From Candidatus Zixiibacteriota bacterium (GTDB lineage: Bacteria > Zixibacteria > MSB-5A5 > UBA10806 > 4484-95), in contig JAOZPT010000043.1 in the NCBI GenBank assembly GCA_029932605.1, positions 1 to 21,973 of the forward strand: a DNA stretch of 21,973 bases, in the 5' to 3' direction. This document shows, one piece after another, positions 7,980 to 16,812 of this stretch (the stretch's first letter is position 1; each line of letters starts with the position of its first letter). The notes under the pieces are model-generated. The model ran no database searches. It was not told the origin of the DNA and saw nothing but the letters and a program-made list of their open reading frames with translations. The position numbers were made by a program, and so were the translations under genes.

Positions 7980-9692
7980 TTGCCCGGCAACGATCCAACC
8001 GGCAAAGTATTAGTACTCGGCAGTGACTTTAAAAACTACCGAAGTTGCTTGACCATAATCCGTTCTTTTGGACGTCATGGACTTGAGGTTCATGTAGGCT
8101 GGTGTTCGGATGATGTAGCTCTCAGCTCGAAGTATGTCGCCAGGGTACATGATATACCTTCATACTCACCTACCGATGATTCCTGGAAAGAAAAACTTAT
8201 CTCCATCGTCCAGGCTGAAAATCTCGATCTTGTCGTTCCGGTCAATGAACAGGCTTCAACCCCCCTTGAAACTCACCGCTCGGATTTTGGAAAACTTGAT
8301 GCAATATATCTATTAAACGAGCAGGCGTATGACGTTGTCTTTGATAAATTCAAAACGAATGAATTGGCCAGTGCGTTAGGTATACGAATACCTAAGGGGA
8401 AAAGGGTTTCTGGGGAAGACCAAACGGAGAATATCCTGTCTGAGTTCAACTTCCCGATTGTCTTAAAGCCAAAAGTCTCATTCAGCCTCGATAATCTACG
8501 CATAAAAAATTACGTATACAAGGCATATAACAAAAAAGAGTTTAGCTCTTGCCTTAAGCTTCTCCTTAATAGCGGAGATGTCCTGGTCCAGGAAAATTTT
8601 GTTGGTATCGGTGTGGGCATCGAATTTTTGGCAAGTCAGGGTAATTTACTGCATGCTTTTCAACATCAACGAGTGCATGAACCACTCATGGGTGGAGGAA
8701 GTTCTTACCGTAAAAGCGTTCCTTTGCATCCTGAATTATTAACCGCCACTGATAAGTTATTAAAGGCACTGGATTATACAGGGGTGGGAATGGCCGAATT
8801 TAAAGTAAATTTCAAAACAAAAGACTGGGTATTTTTAGAAATCAACGGCCGTTTCTGGGGCTCTCTTCCATTAGCAGTCTCGGCTGGGTCCGATTTTCCA
8901 TATTTTCTTTATCAGCTCATGGTAAAGAAAAAACAGCAATTCCCACAAACATACAAAACCGGATTATATTGTCGTAACACTATCAGAGATTTCGAATGGA
9001 TTATAAAAAATATCGGTGCCGATAAATCCGACCCATCCCGCAATACCCTTCCAAACCGCCAAGTTGCCAGAGAGATTTTTAATATCCTCGCATTCCGCGA
9101 GAAAAACGACACCTGGGTTATCGATGATATCAAACCTGGTTTCATCGAATTAAAGCACTTTTTATCTTTAATGTTCGATAAAATAAGATTAGCCATTTTA
9201 TCATATTCACCGATTCGGTGGTTAAGGACATATAAAGCCAGGCTGGCCCTGAGAAAAGCCAGGACAATTCTCTTCGTCTGTTTTGGCAATATATATAGAA
9301 GTCCTTTTGCTAAATATTACGCTCAAACTGTTCTCAGCGGTTCGCTAAAAATAAATTCAAGCGGTTATCATAACAGAAGTGGCCGTGTATGCCATCAAAA
9401 AGCAATTGATGTTGCTCATGAATTTGGGATTGACCTCAAACATCATCGCTCTAGTGTTATTACCGAGGATATGGTAAAAAAAGCTGATATAGTGCTTACT
9501 TTTGATAAACAAAACCGCAATATTTTGATCGCTAAATTCCCTTTTGCCAGAAAAAAAATATATTACCTGGGGATTATATCATACAGGGGAGCCGTTATAA
9601 TTGATGATCCGGTCGACAGCAATATTTATACGGTTAGAGAGATTTTTAAAACAATAAAAAGAGCTATCGATTCCTTTAAGAACGAAAAATAA
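7980..9692 (+). CDS. ATP-grasp ligase fused to a C-terminal low-molecular-weight protein-tyrosine-phosphatase/ArsC-like domain
   Basis: DKFKT, FPIVLKP, VLVQE, GVGMAEFK and FLEINGRFWGS (ATP-grasp). ILFVCFGNIYRSPFA, SSG, ADIV and IDDP (LMW-PTP fold). Confidence 0.88.
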   Translation: MPGNDPTGKVLVLGSDFKNYRSCLTIIRSFGRHGLEVHVGWCSDDVALSSKYVARVHDIPSYSPTDDSWKEKLISIVQAENLDLVVPVNEQASTPLETHRSDFGKLDAIYLLNEQAYDVVFDKFKTNELASALGIRIPKGKRVSGEDQTENILSEFNFPIVLKPKVSFSLDNLRIKNYVYKAYNKKEFSSCLKLLLNSGDVLVQENFVGIGVGIEFLASQGNLLHAFQHQRVHEPLMGGGSSYRKSVPLHPELLTATDKLLKALDYTGVGMAEFKVNFKTKDWVFLEINGRFWGSLPLAVSAGSDFPYFLYQLMVKKKQQFPQTYKTGLYCRNTIRDFEWIIKNIGADKSDPSRNTLPNRQVAREIFNILAFREKNDTWVIDDIKPGFIELKHFLSLMFDKIRLAILSYSPIRWLRTYKARLALRKARTILFVCFGNIYRSPFAKYYAQTVLSGSLKINSSGYHNRSGRVCHQKAIDVAHEFGIDLKHHRSSVITEDMVKKADIVLTFDKQNRNILIAKFPFARKKIYYLGIISYRGAVIIDDPVDSNIYTVREIFKTIKRAIDSFKNEK

Positions 9693-9826
9693 ATATCTCG
9701 ATTCAATTAAAATACAGTGGGTTTCCCGCCCCTGGAACTCGATTAATTGGCATCAGGCTTTTATAATTTAATAACTTTTCAAAAATCCTTTGCCAATAAA
9801 ACATTAAAATCAGATATTATTTAATT

Positions 9827-11062
9827 ATGCCGATACGCCACCTAAAGGAATATATCTCTTATATAAAACTATTCTCCCCTAATGCCCGTCTCTATCTTGC
9901 TGGTACTTTTTTTATGGGTTTCTCAAACCAGATTCTCTGGATGCTTTATAATCTTTACCTAAAACAACTTGGTTTTGCCGAGGGAACAATGGGTGAGATA
10001 CTTTTTTTCGAGGGCTTGGGAACTGTACTTGCGGCAATACCGGCTGCCATCGCCATAGATTATATACGGCTTAAAAACGTCATGGTCATTGCCAACCTCA
10101 TAAATACACTCTCTTACGTCTTCTTAACTTTCGTTATCGAGATTAAAGTTCTTTATCTTATTGCCGTTATCACAGGTGCTGGCTGGACTGTTCATTTCAT
10201 AGCAGCTTCACCTTTTTTCATGCGCAACTCCACTACAACCGAAAGGACGCATCTTTTCAGCTTCAATTACGCGCTTGATATGATGTCAGGATTAGTAGGG
10301 GCCTTGATAGGTGGTTATATTCCGATACTCTTATTCCAGAAAGGTGTGCCACTTATCATTGGTTATCGTGTAAGTTTGATATTTGGGGCAATTATGACAT
10401 TATCGGCGGTTATTTTCTATATTCGTATAAAAACTCCCAGGCCTATCAAAACAGGCAAAATAGACTGGCGAAATTATATCAGGTCAAAAAATTGGAAAGT
10501 AACCTTTAGGTTGTGCCTACCACAATTTTTCATGGGTATGGGTGCTGGATTGGTTATACCGTTTCTAAATATCTATTTTGTTAACCGTTTCACCCTCGAT
10601 TCATCCTTTATAGGTAAGATATACTCGGTGGGGCAGCTTTTTATGGTGATAGGTTTTCTCGCCGGCCCTATTTTTGGGAAAAAAATTGGCCTTGTTAGGA
10701 CTGTATCGTTCTCTCAGTTAGCCTCGATACCGTTTTTCCTAATTTTAGCCTTTGGCTATTATCTTCCACCGGTAATTATAGCTTTCTGGTTCAGGGGAAG
10801 TCTTATGAATATGGCCTGGCCTCTTTACAACAATTTTGCCATGGAGAAAGTTGAACCAAACCAACATGCAACCACCAACAGTTTCTTAAGCCTGGCCTGG
10901 AATTCCTCCTGGATGATTTCCACTTTAATCGGTGGACGACTTATTGAATATTACGGCTTCAAGTTGGTGATGCTTATTACAATCTACCTTTATGTCTCAG
11001 TCAGTATAATGATTCTTTCCTTCTTCAAAAAAGACACGAAAATAGGAATATCAAAAAAATGA
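9827..11062 (+). CDS. MFS transporter
   Basis: About 12 hydrophobic segments. YNLYLKQLGF..G.MG pattern, motif-A-like AAIAIDYIRLK and GPIFGKKIGLV. Confidence 0.9.
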   Translation: MPIRHLKEYISYIKLFSPNARLYLAGTFFMGFSNQILWMLYNLYLKQLGFAEGTMGEILFFEGLGTVLAAIPAAIAIDYIRLKNVMVIANLINTLSYVFLTFVIEIKVLYLIAVITGAGWTVHFIAASPFFMRNSTTTERTHLFSFNYALDMMSGLVGALIGGYIPILLFQKGVPLIIGYRVSLIFGAIMTLSAVIFYIRIKTPRPIKTGKIDWRNYIRSKNWKVTFRLCLPQFFMGMGAGLVIPFLNIYFVNRFTLDSSFIGKIYSVGQLFMVIGFLAGPIFGKKIGLVRTVSFSQLASIPFFLILAFGYYLPPVIIAFWFRGSLMNMAWPLYNNFAMEKVEPNQHATTNSFLSLAWNSSWMISTLIGGRLIEYYGFKLVMLITIYLYVSVSIMILSFFKKDTKIGISKK

Positions 11063-11126
11063 TCAAAAAATATAATATTTGTTTAAAATTTAAAATCTCG
11101 CTTGATACCTATTTTATATTTCACCT

Positions 11127-11336
11127 TTATTGCAATCTGATTACATTTTCCGCCTTTAAGCCTTTGGGACCGGTAACCACGTCGTACTGAACTTCCTCTC
11201 CTTGGTTAAGTGATTTAAAACCATCCCCTTTTATCGAGGTAAAATGTACAAAAATATCATCCTGACCTGATTCATCAGGAATAATAAAACCAAACCCCTT
11301 TTTCCTGTCAAACCATTTCACCTTACCAACAGGCAT
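11127..11336 (-). CDS. cspA: Cold-shock protein (CspA family)
   Basis: GKVKWFD..KGFGFI (RNP1) and DIFVHF (RNP2). AAGGAG RBS. Confidence 0.96.
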   Translation of the reverse strand: MPVGKVKWFDRKKGFGFIIPDESGQDDIFVHFTSIKGDGFKSLNQGEEVQYDVVTGPKGLKAENVIRLQ

Positions 11337-11411
11337 AAAAGTACTCCTTTTAGGAATAAGCTTAAATATGATACTCCATAGAATAATGCGGCGATCTCCC
11401 CTCTCTTAAAT

Positions 11412-11440
11412 ATAATAACTTCCATTTTCTTTAAAGTCAA
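11412..11440 (-). promoter_or_regulatory. Sigma70-type promoter of the csp gene
   Basis: Minus strand TTGACT-17 nt-TATTAT, implying a 5'UTR of about 70 nt. Confidence 0.65.
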
Positions 11441-11587
11441 GAACTTTCTATTCTAATCACTCACTTTTTTATCTCTATTACCCTAAAAAAACATCCATGT
11501 GATTTCCATATGACCATGCGGTGATTTAATACTTTAATTTTAAAGCCTATCATCTCTAAAAAAACAGTAATACTCGAGGGGATTATT

Positions 11588-12094
11588 ATGTCAATAATAT
11601 TCGTTGACCATCAGACTCTTGCCAAACTCGCCGGTTATCCGTCCGATTCTATCTGGCAAAACGAGAAATCCAAAAATGATACTGACTATCTGGCTTTTTT
11701 GGATACGGTAAGACAGGCGGTAAACTCTCTTGATGATAAGCACCGGCGGGTTATCGAGATGTATTTCTTTGAAAATCTCAGCCTTCACCAGATCGAGCAA
11801 GAAATGGAACAGAATTGTCATCAGGTGCAGAAATTGCTCCGGGAGGCTATGCTGATGTTAAAATACTCCTTAACCGATGTCGTCCGTAATCGCTGGCCCG
11901 AACGTTTCAAGGAGGTCAACCGATGCCCGATCTGTAAACATCCACAAAGAAAAACAATCGAAAAAATAATAAAAAGTAAAAAGGAGGCTGAAAGCTGGGG
12001 AACGATAAGTAAGAGACTTAAAAAGAAAGTGGGCGAAACATTCAACCCACCCTCAACAATGATAAACCATATAAAATATCACAAGAAAGGGTAA
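11588..12094 (+). CDS. Sigma70 region-4-like HTH protein fused to a C-terminal CxxC...HxxxH zinc/HTH module
   Basis: VRQAVNSLDDKHRRVIEMYFFENLSLHQI....V..LL..A..ML (region 4), followed by CPICKHPQRKTIEK...WGTISKRL...NHIKYH. GAGGGG RBS. No sigma region 2 is recognisable. Confidence 0.8.
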   Translation: MSIIFVDHQTLAKLAGYPSDSIWQNEKSKNDTDYLAFLDTVRQAVNSLDDKHRRVIEMYFFENLSLHQIEQEMEQNCHQVQKLLREAMLMLKYSLTDVVRNRWPERFKEVNRCPICKHPQRKTIEKIIKSKKEAESWGTISKRLKKKVGETFNPPSTMINHIKYHKKG

Positions 12095-12097
12095 ACG

Positions 12098-12328
12098 ATG
12101 GCTGGAGATATTCATCATTTGCAAATACGAACTGACCACAGAGTTCGTGAGAAAATAAAAAAGCTGGCTATGACACATCATCGTTCAACCGCCGATATAG
12201 TCCGCACATCTTTGGAGCTGGGTTTAAGGTTATTAGAAAAGCTCTTAGAGGCGCAATCGGAAATGGTAACCGAGTATATACAGCTTCTAAAAAAGGAATC
12301 GAGGTTGAAATCTAAAAAAAAGAAATAG
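12098..12328 (+). CDS. Ribbon-helix-helix (CopG/Arc-like) DNA-binding protein
   Basis: Strand HLQIRTD, helix REKIKKLAM, helix STADIVRTSLELGL. Starts 3 nt after the upstream stop. Confidence 0.65.
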   Translation: MAGDIHHLQIRTDHRVREKIKKLAMTHHRSTADIVRTSLELGLRLLEKLLEAQSEMVTEYIQLLKKESRLKSKKKK

Positions 12329-12391
12329 TCAAAATTTAGTGGTCTGGATGTTTTATGTTACGAAGTGTAATAAAGCGGCATCTCATTAACT

Positions 12392-12730
12392 TCATTTTTT
12401 ACTTTCACCTATCATCTGTCGCGCATAACCGCAAAGATTGCGAGCCTTCCGCTTTCTAATATTATCGATTTGGAAATCATCGCCGTTTTTTACCTTAAAC
12501 ACCAAAGATGATTTTTTAAATAGCCCTTCATCTACGGAAACATTGCTCAACGTACCCCAGGGATGTTCCTCCAGATTGCGTTTGAAAAAACCTTTCTTAC
12601 AGATTACTAGCCTTCTCTTGGTCGCAGCAATTGCCAGAGGTTTATTACCACTCGAGGCTCTACCAATAAAATGTCTTAAGGCTTCACCTCGTGGTAAACT
12701 CGCCTTAATTGCACGTTTATCAAAAAACAT
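12392..12730 (-). CDS. Bacterial PH-domain protein
   Basis: IAATKRRLVICKKGFF...PWGTLSNVSVDEGLF pattern typical of bPH domains. Confidence 0.75.
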   Translation of the reverse strand: MFFDKRAIKASLPRGEALRHFIGRASSGNKPLAIAATKRRLVICKKGFFKRNLEEHPWGTLSNVSVDEGLFKKSSLVFKVKNGDDFQIDNIRKRKARNLCGYARQMIGESKK

Positions 12731-12839
12731 AGGTCAACCCATTATCGTTTCAATATTTAAATCGGTTTAATTATAAAACGGTTAACCAAAAATTATTACA
12801 GTTAAAAAATTTTTTAACGTCTTATGGCTAAAAGAATCT

Positions 12840-12868
12840 TTGACATGAAAAAAGAATTAATATATGTT
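12840..12868 (+). promoter_or_regulatory. Sigma70-type promoter of the WG-repeat gene
   Basis: TTGACA-17 nt-TATGTT. Confidence 0.6.
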
Positions 12869-12943
12869 TCAGTATGTAGAAAAATATTTGTAAGTGAAAT
12901 AACTAACCATCAAAATAGTGGCTTTTCGAAAGGAGCTTTAACG

Positions 12944-13927
12944 GTGATAAAAAGAAACATTGTTTCAATAATGTGTCTGGCCATAATCATCGTCTCGTGC
13001 ACCAATAAAGATAATAAGGAAAAATCAATCACACTATATCCGGCAATTGAGAATAACAAATGGGGTTATATCGATAAAACTGGCAAGATGGTTATCGCAC
13101 CACAGTTCGATAAAGCACGATTATTCTGTGAAGGATATGCTGTTGTCAGTAAAGGTCCCATCAGCGGTTATATCGATAAAACCGGTAAGATGCTATTCGG
13201 CCAGCAGTTTGATGTTATAAAAAATTTCTCTGAAGGGATGGCACCTGTGTTGTATGATGAAGTCTGGGGATATATCAACAAAACAGGTGAAATAGCTATC
13301 GAACCCCAATACGATTGGGCTAGCAAATTCTCCGAGGGGTTAGCGGCAGTTCAGATATCTAAAAAGTGGGGTTATATCGACACATCCGGCAATATGGTTA
13401 TCGATTTTAATTACGATGGTGCCTGGGAATTCTCTGGTGGCCTGGCTTCCGTAAGACAACTCAACAAGTGGGGATATATCGATAAGGAAGGTAATATCGC
13501 TATTGAGCTAACTTTCAATTGGGCTTTTAAATTCTCCGAGGGTTTGGCTGCAGTAAAGATCGCTGATAAGTGGGGTTATATCGATACTACAGGAACTGTT
13601 GTAATTGAACCTCAATTCGACCAGGTGAACAGCTTCTCCGAGGAGCTTGCCTTTATAAAAACCGGTGGCAAATGGGGCGTTATCGATAAAACAGGGAAAA
13701 TTGTAATAGAGCCACGATTCGAAATGGGATCAGAATTCTCCGAGGGATTAGCCCAAATACGGCTTAACAGAAAATGGGGTTATATAGACAGGACAGGCAA
13801 CATCGTCATCAAACCACAATATAAAGGCACCTGGGGATACACCGATGGTGTGGCGGCAGTAAGAATTGACAGAAAAATAGCTTATATCAATAAAAAGGGT
13901 GATTATATCTGGAATCCCTCAGAGTAA
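12944..13927 (+). CDS. WG-repeat (KWG) lipoprotein
   Basis: About 9 repeats of KWGYIDK.G..VI.PQFD....FSEGLA.V. AAGGAG RBS before GTG 12944. Lipobox IIVSC. Confidence 0.92.
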   Translation: MIKRNIVSIMCLAIIIVSCTNKDNKEKSITLYPAIENNKWGYIDKTGKMVIAPQFDKARLFCEGYAVVSKGPISGYIDKTGKMLFGQQFDVIKNFSEGMAPVLYDEVWGYINKTGEIAIEPQYDWASKFSEGLAAVQISKKWGYIDTSGNMVIDFNYDGAWEFSGGLASVRQLNKWGYIDKEGNIAIELTFNWAFKFSEGLAAVKIADKWGYIDTTGTVVIEPQFDQVNSFSEELAFIKTGGKWGVIDKTGKIVIEPRFEMGSEFSEGLAQIRLNRKWGYIDRTGNIVIKPQYKGTWGYTDGVAAVRIDRKIAYINKKGDYIWNPSE

Positions 13928-13990
13928 ATTTTCCCGCTTTCATGTTACCTCAGGCTCAAGCCGTGACCTGGCTGTCGACATCTCAAGCGG

Positions 13991-14012
13991 CGTCGGGAAT
14001 CCCTTCCCGATG
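13991..14012. repeat. GC-rich hairpin (REP-like or terminator-like)
   Basis: CGTCGGGAA-tccc-TTCCCGATG, downstream of the WG gene. Confidence 0.5.
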
Positions 14013-14164
14013 AATTAATTAAGCAGGAAAAGTTTCAGCTAGGCACAAAAATTTTTCATAAAAAAGTAAATATTTTTAACTGTTATCCGAAAAATATATC
14101 AAATTTGATGATAACATTTAACGACAGGATAAAACCTAAGCCATAAACAATAATGGAGGCTGAA

Positions 14165-14329
14165 ATGTTCTGCGCTTATTGTGATGAGTTTATCAAGGGA
14201 AGATCTTTTGTCTATGATGGCGAGGAGTACTGTTCCCGCGAGTGCCTTTTAGCTGCCAAAGAAGAAATCGAGGGGGACCTTGAAAAATACGAGGAGAACT
14301 GGCAAGAAGAAATAGACGATTATCAATAA
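14165..14329 (+). CDS. Small acidic TRASH/MYM-like zinc-finger protein (54 aa), not in the ORF track
   Basis: GGAGG RBS. MFCAYCDEFIKGRSFVYDGEEYCSRECLLAAKEEIEGDLEKYEENWQEEIDDYQ*, with CxxC-x16-CSxxC and an acidic tail. Confidence 0.85.
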   Translation: MFCAYCDEFIKGRSFVYDGEEYCSRECLLAAKEEIEGDLEKYEENWQEEIDDYQ

Positions 14330-14622
14330 TATCCTAAGTTAAAATTAACACTACATCCTGAAGTCAAATAGATAAGATACTTACCCGATAGCAATCAGGA
14401 TAATGCTACGTTTATTCCATTTCCTCAGCTAGCCTATTATTGATATAAATCTAAACCTCCCGAACCAATAGCGCCCTACCGGTAAAGACCATTATCAGAC
14501 CTTATCAAATCGATCTCAATCCTGATACACGTCTGTATTTCTGACGGCGATACTCTGGCTGGTAAAGCAAACAATATTAAAATCAAAGCGGTTTTTACGT
14601 TCGACAATTGATTAATTATGGA

Positions 14623-15372
14623 TTATCCCACAAGATTTAAGATCATCTTAGCTGCAATTCCCAATAACACAATACCGATGACAAGTTTTACCTGTTGACG
14701 CTTAAGCTTTTCGGTCATCAGCCAGGAGCCGATAAGCGCCCCGCCGGCCGAACCAAGAGCAGTAAACAACAACAATTGAAAGTTTATATGGCCAACTGTA
14801 GCATGGCCTAAAAAACCTGAAAAGGATGAAAAAATTACAATAAAAGAGGTTGTTGCTGAGGCTTTCTTCGGGTTATATCCCAACCAGACCAGAACGGGAA
14901 CGATGAAATTGCCACCACCAACACCAAGCAGACCACCCAAAAATCCAGCGAATGCCCCCACACCCAGGCCGTAAATAACCTGTTTCCATTTAGAACTTTC
15001 CTCTTCTCTTTGTTTAGATTGATATAAAAGCATCATGCCCGCGGCAAAAAGTAAAAACCCGACAAAAAGCCACAATAACATCTCACGGTCAAGCCCCTGA
15101 CTGACAAAAGCACCAATCGGTGATAATATTGTAGCGATAACCAGTATCGGAATAGCAGTTTTCCACATTATCAGCTTCTTTTTAATAAACCTGTAAGAGG
15201 CAAAAATCATAGCTATTGAATTCAGTAATAGTGCTGTAGCCATCGATACATGGATATCCACTCCCAGAGCGATAAATACAGGTATCAGGATAAAGGCTGC
15301 CCCCACACCGGCAATTGTTAGCAAAGTCGTAAAAGCAAGTGTTATCAGTCCTGCTATTATCGAGATAGTCAA
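14623..15372 (-). CDS. Sulfite exporter TauE/SafE (TSUP) family membrane protein
   Basis: AGVGAAFILIP and GFLGGLLGVGGGNFIVP repeats. About 8 TM segments. Confidence 0.92.
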   Translation of the reverse strand: MTISIIAGLITLAFTTLLTIAGVGAAFILIPVFIALGVDIHVSMATALLLNSIAMIFASYRFIKKKLIMWKTAIPILVIATILSPIGAFVSQGLDREMLLWLFVGFLLFAAGMMLLYQSKQREEESSKWKQVIYGLGVGAFAGFLGGLLGVGGGNFIVPVLVWLGYNPKKASATTSFIVIFSSFSGFLGHATVGHINFQLLLFTALGSAGGALIGSWLMTEKLKRQQVKLVIGIVLLGIAAKMILNLVG

Positions 15373-15414
15373 TTAAAATTCCTATATTTTCAAAAATGCC
15401 CTAAGCTTTTTTAT

Positions 15415-16020
15415 TTATGCTGTATAACCTGAGCAGGGAATACAGACATGCTTGCCGTTAACTATTCTTATTTTTGTGGCAAAAACAATCTCTCCACAGT
15501 TAGCACATTCATGCCATTCAAAAGAACCCTTGGGTGAAGCAAAATCTACGTTGTGAACATCACCCACTATTAGCAACTCCTCATCCGGCAGGGAAATTAT
15601 CTTCTCGATTAAAGGGTCAACGATTTCAGGTTTTATATCTTTTGGCTCTATTCCCTTAGCGCGCAATTTAACAAATTCCGAGGCCAAACCTCTCTTTTGA
15701 AATTCCGGATTAAGCTTTACGCGGACTTTTTTCTTGGTTTTCACATCGATTAAATTTATGGCATTTTTCCCATATTCGAGCTTTACCAGGTTGCTCTTGC
15801 CATAGGTACAACCAGTAGAAACCTGGACACCATCAACAAAACACATCGTGGCATGGTCCGAGCCGGTTTCTACATAACAAAACAGCTCTTTATTGGAAGC
15901 GCGTTCTGCACCCAAGGCTTTGAGGGCAGCCTGTCCAGAACGAAGTCCCAACGGCATCGCCGGACACTTATGACCGTGAAACTCAAATCCGATTTCTAAA
16001 AGTTTTTTCAAATCTTTCAT
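15415..16020 (-). CDS. FmdE family protein with C-terminal Zn finger
   Basis: FHGHKCP..PLGLR, CFVDGVQVSTGCTYGK, C-terminal CANCGE...CIPC. AAGGAGG RBS. Confidence 0.9.
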   Translation of the reverse strand: MKDLKKLLEIGFEFHGHKCPAMPLGLRSGQAALKALGAERASNKELFCYVETGSDHATMCFVDGVQVSTGCTYGKSNLVKLEYGKNAINLIDVKTKKKVRVKLNPEFQKRGLASEFVKLRAKGIEPKDIKPEIVDPLIEKIISLPDEELLIVGDVHNVDFASPKGSFEWHECANCGEIVFATKIRIVNGKHVCIPCSGYTA

Positions 16021-16142
16021 TTTAGAACCTCCTTAAAAAATACTTCAATAATAATTCCTTTCCGATTTCCGTCCTTCTAAACATTTCTTAACAGCCAACC
16101 AAATTTTTCGCTTGTGGTTAAACTGCTGCAATTCCCTCAACG

Positions 16143-16186
16143 TTGAAAAATACGAGGAGGACTGGAAGAAGAAATTGAAGACTATC
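16143..16186 (+). pseudogene. Frameshifted 3' remnant of a paralog of the 14165-14329 small gene
   Basis: Aligns with 14280-14324 at 40 of 45 positions, with 4 substitutions and a 1-nt deletion. Confidence 0.8.
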
Positions 16187-16298
16187 GAATTAATTATAAA
16201 CCTATCTACCCATATAATATTTTTAGCTTTATAATTCCATATAGCACCTCATACCAGATTACCCATTTTTATGTTTCGGGATGGAAATTTTTCATATG

Positions 16299-16760
16299 TC
16301 ATCTTAATACAGAATTAAAAGCGACTAGACCTGCAGCATATTCAGGATCACCGTGGGCAAGATCGTTCCAGACGATCACCATAGCGATGCATCGGGCAAG
16401 CCCAATCATAATAAGGCCAACCATGTATTCTGGATAAGCAGGGAAAAAAGCTATTGCCAGAAAAAACATTAATATCGGCCCGATTACCCAGTTTTGTAAT
16501 AAGCTTAAACCCAGAATTTTAAAGTTCTTAAACACCTCGCCCATTTCCTCATAACGAACTTTAGCCAAAGGAGGATACATCATGAGGATCAGTCCAACAG
16601 CGATTGGAATATTGGTAGTACCCACGCTAAATTGATTCCAGAAATCTGCTACGCCCGGGTAAAAATACCCTCCGCCAACACCGATTCCCATCGCTAAAAA
16701 TATCCAGATAGTTAGATATCTGTCCAAAAAGGAAAGTCTTTTAATGGTCGAAGAACTCAT
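16299..16760 (-). pseudogene. acr3: Truncated ACR3 arsenite efflux transporter (N-terminal 153 aa only)
   Basis: [53 protein letters not shown]. It stops at AFNSVLR, whereas ACR3 proteins are about 350 aa. No continuation is recognisable downstream. Confidence 0.9.
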
Positions 16761-16812
16761 GCTTTATTTACTTTCATTTACATTCTCACTCAATGTCAAT
16801 CATTTCTCCTGG

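Noticed and set aside
9697..9760. CTCGATT(C)AATT short direct repeat and small hairpin
   Set aside because: Too short to separate from chance in AT-rich DNA.
12944..13927. Recurring DNA motif (tggggttatatcga) as a CRISPR-like array
   Set aside because: These are in-frame protein WG repeats within one ORF, with degenerate third positions. No cas genes are present.
14476..14607. Minus-strand 43-codon TTG ORF with a hydrophobic N-terminus
   Set aside because: No RBS or recognisable homology. Possibly a remnant, but unsupported.
16045..16140. Minus-strand 31-codon frame (LRELQQFNHKRKIWLAVKKCLEGRKSERNYY) upstream of FmdE
   Set aside because: It could be the tail of a gene cut at the repeat junction, but there is no start signal or recognisable family.
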